This document shows, in pieces, positions 53,142 to 61,266 of a stretch of 64,000 bases of DNA. Both the position numbers and the translations under genes were made by a program. Position 1 is the first letter of the stretch; each line of letters begins with the position of its first letter. Under the pieces are notes generated by a model. It did not search any database. It saw only the letters and a program-made list of their open reading frames with translations, and was not told the origin of the DNA. The DNA is taken from positions 62,001 through 126,000 of the IMG/VR virus record IMGVR_UViG_3300005613_000002, one strand, 5' to 3'.

Positions 53142-55193
53142 TTATTTTTTTATAACATTTTTATAGTTATCAAATTGTTCATCAATTAATTTATCTAATT
53201 TTTTTAATGAATCAGATTTTTTATCTTCATTAATTACTGCTTTTCTTAAACCTGCTCTTTCTTCAAGTCTTGCCCTGATATATTTTCTTACTTTTAATTC
53301 ACTTTCATTCATTGAAATATTAACAGATTTATCAGGATTAACATTAATATCAACACCTGTTGTTGGTGCACCATCTGGTTTAATAACACCACCACCTAAT
53401 GGCTGTGCTTCTGGAGCAAACCCAACTTCATCAGTTTTATCTTCAATAGCATCTAAATCAACATCATCTTCTTTTATCATTGGTTGTACTTCAATACTTG
53501 CAGGGTCTGTCATTCCTTCTCTTTGTAATCCACTACCTGCTGTAGTTCCACCAACATTAGCATCTTTACCAGTTCTAACTTGATTAGAAATTCCAGCAAT
53601 TAATTTTTGTGTGTCAACAGGTTCTTGACCTGCTTTTGTTAGTCTTGTGTTTAATGACGCAACTTGTGACCCTAAATCATTAGCTAATTTTTCTAATTTT
53701 TGTATTTCACCTTTAACTTCACCACTATGGTATGTCTGACTAATTGCTGTTCCAGCATCTTTAGCTGCTTGAACACCTTTTTGTGCTGCACCACCTATTG
53801 CTTGTCCAGCATCTTTAGCTACACCACTTATTGCTTGTCCAGCACCTTTAACTGCACTACCAACTGCTTGTCCACCTTTTTTTATACCACTAACTGCTGC
53901 ACCACCTAATGATTTTAATCCACCAAATAATTCATCTAATTTTGCTAAATTTTCATCATCATTACTTTCATTCATTCCATCAACATATGGTGTTAATTTT
54001 TCAGCATATTCATCATGACCATATTCGTTTTTTAATGAATCTAACATGTTTGGATTAATTACTTTAATAACTAAAGCAACACCTTCAAGGTCACCATCAT
54101 TCATTCCATCATTATGGGCATTAGCATATCCACTTACTAAATTATTCACTTCATCTTCACCACATTCTCTAAGTGCATCAGCACTTCCATAACCTCTTGA
54201 TTCCGCATATTTTCCAAAACTTCCACATTCACTACAACTTTCTTCTTCAATTTCATCTGGTGGTAATGTATCGCCTAAATCTTCCATATCTTCAGGTGGT
54301 ACAACTTTAAGGATTAAATTTGCAATTTCTTTCCTGTCTTCAATTTCAAGTTCTGGTAATTTATCTTTAAATGATTGGATTAATGATTTAAGATATGATT
54401 GTGATTGTGATGGTTCTAAATCAGTTTTTCTAATTGTATTAGTGATTTTCCCAATAGATTTTTCAAGTTCTCTTGTTGATTCATCTTTTTCTTCACCATC
54501 AACATTATCTGTTGATGTTTCTTCACTATCATCTGTAGTTTCTTCACCTTCTACATCGGTAGTTTCTATTTCTTCTTCACCAGTACCACCATCAGCAGGT
54601 AATCCCGTGTCATCATTAGCTGGTTCAGTTTCCACACTATCAACATCAGTAGTTTCAACATCTGGTTCACTTACATCAGCAGCAGGTAATTCAGCATCAT
54701 CACTAGCTGGCTCAGACTCAAAACCAGCAGCAATTTCATCGCTTGCTGGTTCAGCATTAGCAGTAGCTGCATCTAAATCATCTAATTTGCTTTCAGCATT
54801 ACTAATTTCAATATCTGCTTTATCTTCATTTAATTTTTCTTTTCCACCATTAATATTTGGTTTAAGATTATTGGCTTCATTAATAGTATGCATAAGCATA
54901 TTCCTATTTTTATCAGCTTCATGTAATGATTTATACTGGAAATTGGTAATGTTAGACAATCCACCAATATATGCGAAATCAGATACATTTGGGTCGGTTT
55001 TTGTACCAGCTTTTTTTATGAAGTAATTATGGTTTTCTTTAATTATTCCATAATTTATACCATCTGCTGCTGTTTTATAGTCGATTAATGTACCTAAACT
55101 ACGATTTACTGATTCCTTTATTGTTTTTTTATTTACTTCAGCTAAATTTTTAAGTCTGTCGTAATACGCATCTTTTGATGTATGTTTTTTCAT
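53142..55193 (-). CDS. Acidic putative internal head protein with amphipathic 11-mer repeats
   Basis: D/E-rich linker, many I/L/M-x-E sites, GQA-type repeats; late motif at 55236. Confidence 0.6.
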   Translation of the reverse strand: MKKHTSKDAYYDRLKNLAEVNKKTIKESVNRSLGTLIDYKTAADGINYGIIKENHNYFIKKAGTKTDPNVSDFAYIGGLSNITNFQYKSLHEADKNRNMLMHTINEANNLKPNINGGKEKLNEDKADIEISNAESKLDDLDAATANAEPASDEIAAGFESEPASDDAELPAADVSEPDVETTDVDSVETEPANDDTGLPADGGTGEEEIETTDVEGEETTDDSEETSTDNVDGEEKDESTRELEKSIGKITNTIRKTDLEPSQSQSYLKSLIQSFKDKLPELEIEDRKEIANLILKVVPPEDMEDLGDTLPPDEIEEESCSECGSFGKYAESRGYGSADALRECGEDEVNNLVSGYANAHNDGMNDGDLEGVALVIKVINPNMLDSLKNEYGHDEYAEKLTPYVDGMNESNDDENLAKLDELFGGLKSLGGAAVSGIKKGGQAVGSAVKGAGQAISGVAKDAGQAIGGAAQKGVQAAKDAGTAISQTYHSGEVKGEIQKLEKLANDLGSQVASLNTRLTKAGQEPVDTQKLIAGISNQVRTGKDANVGGTTAGSGLQREGMTDPASIEVQPMIKEDDVDLDAIEDKTDEVGFAPEAQPLGGGVIKPDGAPTTGVDINVNPDKSVNISMNESELKVRKYIRARLEERAGLRKAVINEDKKSDSLKKLDKLIDEQFDNYKNVIKK

Positions 55194-55270
55194 TTTTTTG
55201 TTTTTATATTGACTATTATATGATTTACATTTTTTATAAATACTTAATTGATAATAAAAAAGTTATTTTA

Positions 55271-55519
55271 TTAGATTATTTCATAATTTTCATTCATTAT
55301 GTTATACTTGACTAACATATTAAAAACTCTGGGAGTTATTAAATCTTTTCTTTGATAATTATCAATAACTGATTGATTTACTTTAGTCTGTGAAACATTT
55401 TCATTCAACATTTTCGAGTTTCTATGTAAATGCTCCAATATTTCATAAAAGGTATTATCAGATTTCTTCCTATCGATAAATTCAACTAATTGTTCTTTTT
55501 TAACTATAAACTTTTTCAT
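55271..55519 (-). CDS. Hypothetical protein
   Basis: 82-aa ORF. Confidence 0.65.
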   Translation of the reverse strand: MKKFIVKKEQLVEFIDRKKSDNTFYEILEHLHRNSKMLNENVSQTKVNQSVIDNYQRKDLITPRVFNMLVKYNIMNENYEII

Positions 55520-55522
55520 TTA

Positions 55523-56287
55523 TTAAATATTGAGTTCATCTAAACTTAATTCATTTTGTAGATAACCATTCTTTAATTCAACCATTTTTTCAAGATAACC
55601 AGTATTTCTTAACACTTTAAAAACTAGATTTTCAACAGAATATTCACCACCATTTTCTAATCCTGTTTGTCTATATTTTTTTATTTTATCTTTAATTTGT
55701 TCATATTTTTCTAACCAATTATCTTTATTTTTATTAGACTCTAAATCGTCAATAGCATTCATAAAATCTGCTGATTTTAATTTAATATTGGCAGTATCAA
55801 TATTGACAATTTTTTTTGTTGGTTTGTTAATCCATTGATTATTCATTAATGAATAGATTCCTGACGAATGATGCAATTCGCTTTTATCTTGAAAATATAG
55901 TTCAACATCATGCCCTTTTACTTGTATTGGAAGTTTTTCTTTCCATAATTGTTTTTTTAGTTTAAGGAAATCAGCAACAAATTCTTTATTTTCGGATATT
56001 TGTGAATAATCTAAAACAATATGAATATCTAAATCTGAATTTTCATTATAATTAAAGTTAGCCATACTACCAGTAAGTGTTATATCATTAAATTTTAAAT
56101 TTTCAACATTTGAAAACTCAATGAATCTTTTAGCATTAAGCAGTAATGTTTTTCTAACATCAGATTTAAGTTTATCATCTTCCCAAATAAGTGGAGATAG
56201 TTCATCATGTAATTGGATAGATGTTACATCAACACTATCAGGTTCAATCACTTCTTTAATGATATCACTAATGTTTATTTTATTCAT
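55523..56287 (-). CDS. Pol-beta-superfamily nucleotidyltransferase
   Basis: LTGSMANFNY...SDLDIHIV, VELY.QD and GEYSVENLVFK.LR motifs. Confidence 0.8.
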   Translation of the reverse strand: MNKINISDIIKEVIEPDSVDVTSIQLHDELSPLIWEDDKLKSDVRKTLLLNAKRFIEFSNVENLKFNDITLTGSMANFNYNENSDLDIHIVLDYSQISENKEFVADFLKLKKQLWKEKLPIQVKGHDVELYFQDKSELHHSSGIYSLMNNQWINKPTKKIVNIDTANIKLKSADFMNAIDDLESNKNKDNWLEKYEQIKDKIKKYRQTGLENGGEYSVENLVFKVLRNTGYLEKMVELKNGYLQNELSLDELNI

Positions 56288-56323
56288 GTTTTCTATAATT
56301 ATAACACTTAATATAATCAGTTA

Positions 56324-56764
56324 TTAACCAACGGTTGGAATAGATTTAACAGGAACGTTAGGTTTAGTTTCATCTAATTCTTCCTTATCATCATCTTTTT
56401 TTTCTTCTTTTGGTTTTTCATCATCTTTTTCGTCATCATCCTTTTTCTTATCAAAATTCCACTCTTGTAGATTTTCTTCAGGAGATGTGTTATTATCTAT
56501 TTCAACACTTGCTTCTTCTTCTTCTTCACCAGTTGCATCACCTCCATTAACTAATGTATATAATTCTCCAACTTTTTCTTTTAGTTCATCATATTTTTGC
56601 TCAATTGTTTTTTCTTCAACTTCGGGAGTTTCAGTTGCATCAATTTCAACACTTGCTGGTTCTGCTGGTAATTCATTATCGAAATTTTCGTTTAAACTAG
56701 GCTTAAATGTTTTATCTAATTTATGCATTACTTCGAAAAGTCTTTTTTTATCGTTTTTTTTCAT
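56324..56764 (-). CDS. Acidic putative internal head protein
   Basis: KRLFEVM...SLNE N-terminus, acidic body; late motifs at 56791 and 56860. Confidence 0.6.
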   Translation of the reverse strand: MKKNDKKRLFEVMHKLDKTFKPSLNENFDNELPAEPASVEIDATETPEVEEKTIEQKYDELKEKVGELYTLVNGGDATGEEEEEASVEIDNNTSPEENLQEWNFDKKKDDDEKDDEKPKEEKKDDDKEELDETKPNVPVKSIPTVG

Positions 56765-56917
56765 AATTATGATTTTATATTTTTATTATTATAAATACAC
56801 ATTATTGATGAATTTAACCCACTATTCATCTATTCATCATAATAAATGTGTGATTTTATATAAATACGCAATTTTAAATTAAAATCATATAGTATTTATT
56901 ATAAATTCTTGAGTAAA

Positions 56918-58231
56918 ATGAGTTTAGATTGTTTAAATAGTATAATTACAGATAATTTAGCAATTCACATTGACCTAACTGACAGTAAATCATGGAATTT
57001 AAATACTGATTTAATTGTTAATAGTTTAAATAAGTGGAATGAGGCAATTTCTGATGATATTGATCTAATTGACTTTGGATTAACAGGTTTTGATAATGGT
57101 AGAGTGGATTCTATGAATTCAGGAATAACATTAACTCAAAATGATAATAAATTAACACTTAATAGAGTTGGGTATAATGATATTAGTGGTGGTACTTATT
57201 ATAGTGGATATACTGTTACATCACATAGTGGTGCATCAGTAGGTAATTATTTTTCATTAAATGGTGGATATCTTCAAGGTTTTTTTAAATTAGAAGATTA
57301 TGATTTCGAATTATTTCCACCTCGATATAATAGTGGTATTACTATTGAAACAGTGATTGAAATATTACCAGAATCTGAAGGTACATTCTTTTTAATGGGT
57401 GTTAGAGCAGAAGATAAATATAATTCATTTTTTAGTGGTGAGACAACAATAACTGGAACAACTGAGGTATCATATGGCGGTAACTCAACTGGTCAATCAA
57501 TTCAATTTAGTGGAATCACAACAAGTGAAGATAATTATTTGGTATCATATGATGAAGATGAAGTAAATCTGAGTTCGTTCAAACAACCAGAATATAAAGA
57601 GTTTACAATATTTGATGAACCAATACAAGTTGATAATATTGGAAATAATATTATTTCGTTTGATATAACTGATTTAAAGAAGTTAAAATATAGATATGTT
57701 AATTCTGACGGTATTTTAGTTCAAAATGAATCATCTAATTCTATAAGTAGAACTGGTTGGACTATAATTGATATTGTATTTAAGCCATATTCGATTATTA
57801 ATGAATATGACCCAACAATTTATAAATGTTATGATAGAAGGAAAGGTGATCTTATTTTTTATGTAAATGGTAGAGTATTTTGGAAGATAAAAGATTTTGA
57901 TGAATTTTATTTTATTGGAATTAATAATGATAAAGAAAAACAATTAGGTGTTCCATATAATATTAGTTGGGGTGGTGGTTCATTTGGTTTGAAACATTCT
58001 TGGCATTTTAATAATTTCAATCGTAATGAAATTATACAAGATGAAACAAAAAATGATTTATTTATTGAAAAATATTTTAATTCATCATTTATTGGAAACA
58101 TACAAAAATTAAGAATATATGATACAGCATTATTATCAAACGAAATATTAAATAACACAATTATTGAATCTAAAAACAATACTTATTATAATATTTCCGT
58201 TTCTAAAGGTGGTAGAATAATATATAGATAA
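56918..58231 (+). CDS. LamG/concanavalin-like virion protein
   Basis: ITIET, FYVNG and FIGNIQKLRIYDTAL LamG-type motifs; late motif at 56892. Confidence 0.6.
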   Translation: MSLDCLNSIITDNLAIHIDLTDSKSWNLNTDLIVNSLNKWNEAISDDIDLIDFGLTGFDNGRVDSMNSGITLTQNDNKLTLNRVGYNDISGGTYYSGYTVTSHSGASVGNYFSLNGGYLQGFFKLEDYDFELFPPRYNSGITIETVIEILPESEGTFFLMGVRAEDKYNSFFSGETTITGTTEVSYGGNSTGQSIQFSGITTSEDNYLVSYDEDEVNLSSFKQPEYKEFTIFDEPIQVDNIGNNIISFDITDLKKLKYRYVNSDGILVQNESSNSISRTGWTIIDIVFKPYSIINEYDPTIYKCYDRRKGDLIFYVNGRVFWKIKDFDEFYFIGINNDKEKQLGVPYNISWGGGSFGLKHSWHFNNFNRNEIIQDETKNDLFIEKYFNSSFIGNIQKLRIYDTALLSNEILNNTIIESKNNTYYNISVSKGGRIIYR

Positions 58232-58287
58232 TAACAATCACTTGACAACAAAAAAAATTATAGTTATTTTTATACAAAAATATTAAT

Positions 58288-58530
58288 ATGACAATATTAT
58301 CAGAAATATATGCAGGTTGGAAGAATTTCATTTTCGAAAATCCAAATGTTGAAGCCGAAGCAAAAAGAAGAATTGAAATTTGTACAGGAAATGAAGAAAA
58401 AAATATAAAAAAGTGTGACCACTTTAGAAATAATAAAACTTGTGCTAAATGTGGTTGTTATATGCCAGCTAAAGCTAGAAGTCCAAAATCTCGTTGTCCT
58501 GTTGGTAATTGGAAGTTAAGGTCTGTTTAA
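58288..58530 (+). CDS. Small Cys-rich Zn-binding protein (DUF6171-like)
   Basis: RRIEIC...C...CAKCGC.M..KAR....CP.G.W; near-consensus host promoter at 58242-58272. Confidence 0.65.
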   Translation: MTILSEIYAGWKNFIFENPNVEAEAKRRIEICTGNEEKNIKKCDHFRNNKTCAKCGCYMPAKARSPKSRCPVGNWKLRSV

Positions 58531-58938
58531 TGTTATTACATATGTGTCTTCTAAGGACACACCTTTAAATTCGTTGGATTTTAATGTTGTTTTATTAAAT
58601 GCGTCAATTATTACAGTTTCGTTGTTTACTTGTAGTTTAAGTTTTCCACTTACACATATAATAGTATGTATATAATCCCTTTTTTCTAATTCTAATACAG
58701 TACCTTTTGGGATAAAATGAAAAACCGTTATATCTTCTGGTTTTTCATTATCGTTTATTGTTTTATATCTAATTTCATCATTATGGTTACAATTTTCCCA
58801 ATTAGTAAAAAATCTAATAACAATCCCATCATCAATATCATGGACGCTTGGAATTTCTATTTTACTTAAAAGTTGTGCTTCCTTTTTATCAATTAAAAAA
58901 TTAATCTTATCTAATATTTTTTGTTTTTCAACGTTCAT
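58516..58938 (-). CDS. Cupin-like hypothetical protein
   Basis: FHFIPKG...IICVSGKLKL...SLEDT beta-barrel pattern. Confidence 0.45.
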   Translation of the reverse strand: MNVEKQKILDKINFLIDKKEAQLLSKIEIPSVHDIDDGIVIRFFTNWENCNHNDEIRYKTINDNEKPEDITVFHFIPKGTVLELEKRDYIHTIICVSGKLKLQVNNETVIIDAFNKTTLKSNEFKGVSLEDTYVITLNRP

Positions 58939-58941
58939 ATT

Positions 58942-59541
58942 TTAACAAAATTGAGATATTGCTGATTTATTTATATTATCACGTATGTCCATAGTAGTTT
59001 CAGTTGAAATAAAACCACTTACATATTCTCTAATAAATAAATTTTTTATATTTATAGGTGCTTTTTCAAAAGCTAAAAATTTTAGTTCCTCACCATCATC
59101 ACTAAATAATGATATTTCGATATCCTCCCAATTAATATAATTAAACCAAGCATTACCTGATGGTGGCGTATTATAATCACCACTATCACTTTCACCACTT
59201 GCTGTTACACTAATATTACTACTATTAAATTCTAATGCTAGTTTTATTGGGTCTTTATTTGAATCATATAAATATTCAATATTAAGTCCATATTCAATAG
59301 TAATATTATTCATTTCATCGTAACTGGATTCAAAATCTCCACCTATTGATGCATTAGTTGTTTCAATTATTTTAATTTTGTTATTTTGCCTTAATAGCGA
59401 GTCACAAATAAATTGTTTTTGTAATTCCTCATTGTTAAGTAAGTCAATGTATTCTTGATATTTAACATTTGTGTCATTATTAAGAAAATCAAAATTGTTG
59501 ATTTCTTCGGTTATAATTTTTTGAAAATTAATTTTATACAT
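58942..59541 (-). CDS. Hypothetical late protein
   Basis: KIITEEI N-terminus; late motif at 59558. Confidence 0.65.
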   Translation of the reverse strand: MYKINFQKIITEEINNFDFLNNDTNVKYQEYIDLLNNEELQKQFICDSLLRQNNKIKIIETTNASIGGDFESSYDEMNNITIEYGLNIEYLYDSNKDPIKLALEFNSSNISVTASGESDSGDYNTPPSGNAWFNYINWEDIEISLFSDDGEELKFLAFEKAPINIKNLFIREYVSGFISTETTMDIRDNINKSAISQFC

Positions 59542-59741
59542 TGATTATAATTTTGTAATAAATACTCATAATTTTTATTAAATCGAAAAAAAATATTAAA
59601 AATCATTGTATTTATAATTGAAAAATGACTGCGCTTGCTTAATCAATGAATTAAGTTACGTTTTCTATGACAAATTAGCATGATTTTTTTAATTTTATAG
59701 CCAGATAGTGGTTACGTGAAATTTTAAACTTAATAATTTAT

Positions 59742-59776
59742 AAAAATGCATCAAATTTAGGGTGCATTTTTTTTTT
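59742..59776 (+). terminator. Intrinsic terminator closing a short transcript
   Basis: AAAAATGCATC-N8-GGTGCATTTTT followed by a long T run. Confidence 0.75.
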
Positions 59777-59809
59777 ATTATTATTTATATAAAATAATAT
59801 AGTTAAATA

Positions 59810-60301
59810 ATGAAGATAATTGGAGAACACACACATAATTTTTCTGCATTAATGATACAATTAGGAATGCATATTGACCATTTAATAAATGGGAATCCTA
59901 TTAATGGTAGAGTCTATAATCATATATTAATTGAACATGATGGTTATGTATATGAAGCAATTGGTCATGGTGTGGTAAAATGGACATTAGCAGAACACAA
60001 TGCACAACGTAAAGTTAAAAATCATTGTAAACGAATTGAATTTAATCTCGATCTAACTAAAATTGAATTACATAAAGCATTAAGTTATTTAGAAAATCAA
60101 AAAGGTAAAAAATATGAATATGCTAATTTTTATTGGCATTTAAAAAAAATATTCACTAATAAATGGAAAGGTGATAAAACTGATAAGAAATTATATTGTA
60201 CTGAATTGGTTATCCGTGCTATGAATTTTACTGGAAAATATAATATTGACCCATATTTAAATCCAATTGAAATTAGAGAACTACTAAGAATTATTATTTA
60301 A
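59810..60301 (+). CDS. Permuted papain-like (YaeF/YiiX, NlpC/P60 superfamily) amidase
   Basis: NHILI..YEA..GV before KGKKYE and LYCTELV (His precedes Cys). Confidence 0.7.
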   Translation: MKIIGEHTHNFSALMIQLGMHIDHLINGNPINGRVYNHILIEHDGYVYEAIGHGVVKWTLAEHNAQRKVKNHCKRIEFNLDLTKIELHKALSYLENQKGKKYEYANFYWHLKKIFTNKWKGDKTDKKLYCTELVIRAMNFTGKYNIDPYLNPIEIRELLRIII

Positions 60302-60345
60302 AAATGAAAAATAATATAAATTTTTATTATTTTTTTTAAAAAGTA

Positions 60346-60375
60346 TTGTATTTATGATTTTAATGCGTATATTTG
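60346..60375 (+). promoter_or_regulatory. Host-type promoter (with overlapping late motif) for the leader/tRNA operon
   Basis: TTG-N19-TATATTTG; GTATTTAT at 60348-60355. Confidence 0.75.
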
Positions 60376-60406
60376 CATTATAATTTAGTGTTTAACAATT
60401 AGTATT

Positions 60407-60490
60407 ATGAAAAATTTAGTGAACATACAGCATCAACCCGTACAACATCCACAGGATATCGTTGAATGGGTAGATTATGTTCAAACTTAA
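60407..60490 (+). CDS. Attenuator leader peptide rich in Gln/His/Pro
   Basis: MKNLVNIQHQPVQHPQDIVEWVDYVQT*; 8 of 9 consecutive codons (60428-60454) are Q/H/P, matching the downstream tRNAs. Confidence 0.85.
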   Translation: MKNLVNIQHQPVQHPQDIVEWVDYVQT

Positions 60491-60520
60491 ATTTTTCCGA
60501 GAGAAGTTTTAATTTAGGGC

Positions 60521-60556
60521 AAAAAGTTCCATTCTATTTAGAGTGGAACTTTTTTT
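60521..60556 (+). terminator. Attenuator terminator upstream of the first tRNA
   Basis: AAAAAGTTCCATTCT-ATTT-AGAGTGGAACTTTTTTT; its 5' arm can alternatively pair with GAATGGG at 60464-60470. Confidence 0.85.
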
Positions 60557-60563
60557 GTTATAT

Positions 60564-60658
60564 CTGGGATTGAACGAGTGGTTGAAGTTACCAGCCTTGG
60601 AAACTGGTGAGGGCGATAAGATGGTTGTCCTCCGTGGGTTCGAACCCCACATCCCAGA
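60564..60658 (+). tRNA. tRNA-Pro(UGG) on a Ser-like class II scaffold
   Basis: Acceptor CTGGGAT/ATCCCAG, A73; anticodon arm CCAGC-CTTGGAA-ACTGG; 8-bp variable stem; T arm GTGGG-TTCGAAC-CCCAC. Confidence 0.8.
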
Positions 60659-60660
60659 CA

Positions 60661-60803
60661 AATGAATAATGGTAGTGTTAATATTATATATGGAGTAACT
60701 TGATGAATCCTTGAAGGAACGCTTGGTGAAAAATAGTAAAAGTATATAACAACAACACGCTAGTCGAAGATGACTGGAGTTATAGGCGAAAATCCTATTC
60801 ATT
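60661..60803 (+). ncRNA. tRNA-like structured ncRNA 1
   Basis: End pairing AATGA/TCATT; ATAATGGTA D-loop-like segment; long helix GTGTT..TTATATA/TATATAA..AACAC; hairpin CTAGTC/GACTGG; T-arm-like ATAGG-CGAAAAT-CCTAT. Confidence 0.55.
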
Positions 60804-60815
60804 GTTTATAAATAT

Positions 60816-60901
60816 GGTGATTGTTGCAGAGTGGTCAAATGCGCCAGATTGTGGTTCTGGTATCCGAAAGGATTTCGTGGGTTCGAAACCCATCATTCAC
60901 C
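60816..60901 (+). tRNA. tRNA-His(GUG) on a Tyr-like class II scaffold
   Basis: G-1:C73; anticodon arm CCAGA-TTGTGGT-TCTGG; variable arm ATCC-GAAA-GGAT. Confidence 0.85.
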
Positions 60902-60908
60902 CAAAAAT

Positions 60909-61021
60909 AATTAGTTACCCTGCTTGTTCCGTATGGGGTTATAAAAATACATCAATTAACGGAACTCATGATGGAGTCCTTGCCAAGAAAGTAGGATAAA
61001 GATGTTAGATATTAACTAATT
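60909..61021 (+). ncRNA. Structured ncRNA 2, possibly pseudoknotted
   Basis: Closing stem AATTAGTTA/TAACTAATT; GTTCCGT/ACGGAAC; TCCT/AGGA hairpin; loop ACATC can pair with GATGT. Confidence 0.5.
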
Positions 61022-61030
61022 TATAAATAT

Positions 61031-61105
61031 CGGGTAGTTATGCAGATGGCTATACAACGATGCCTTGGACGCATCGGTTCGCAGGTTCGAATCCTGCCTA
61101 TCCGA
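61031..61105 (+). tRNA. tRNA-Pro(UGG), atypical D arm, A37
   Basis: CGGGTAG/CTATCCG, A73; CGATGC-CTTGGAC-GCATCG; GCAGG-TTCGAAT-CCTGC. Confidence 0.75.
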
Positions 61106-61113
61106 CATAATAT

Positions 61114-61186
61114 AGAGTAGTAGCGCAGTTGGTAGCGTACTGCATTTGGGATGCAGGGGTCGCAGGTTCAAGTCCTGTCTACTCTA
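61114..61186 (+). tRNA. tRNA-Pro(UGG), class I, G37
   Basis: AGAGTAG/CTACTCT, A73; CTGCA-TTTGGGA-TGCAG; canonical D and T arms. Confidence 0.88.
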
Positions 61187-61188
61187 CT

Positions 61189-61260
61189 GTGTTAGTAGCA
61201 TAACTGGCTAATGCGCCACACTGTGAATGTGGAGAATAGGGTTCGAGTCCCTCTAACACC
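61189..61260 (+). tRNA. tRNA-His(GUG), class I, A37, 4-bp T stem
   Basis: GTGTTAG/CTAACAC, C73; CCACA-CTGTGAA-TGTGG; AGGG-TTCGAGT-CCCT. Confidence 0.8.
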
Positions 61261-61266
61261 CAACTT

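Noticed and set aside
60591-60607. Reading the first tRNA as Ser(GGA)
   Set aside because: Stem symmetry (CCAG/CTGG) centres the loop on TGG; GGA would be off-register.
60661-60803. tmRNA
   Set aside because: Too short, no G3-U70 alanine acceptor and no tag reading frame.
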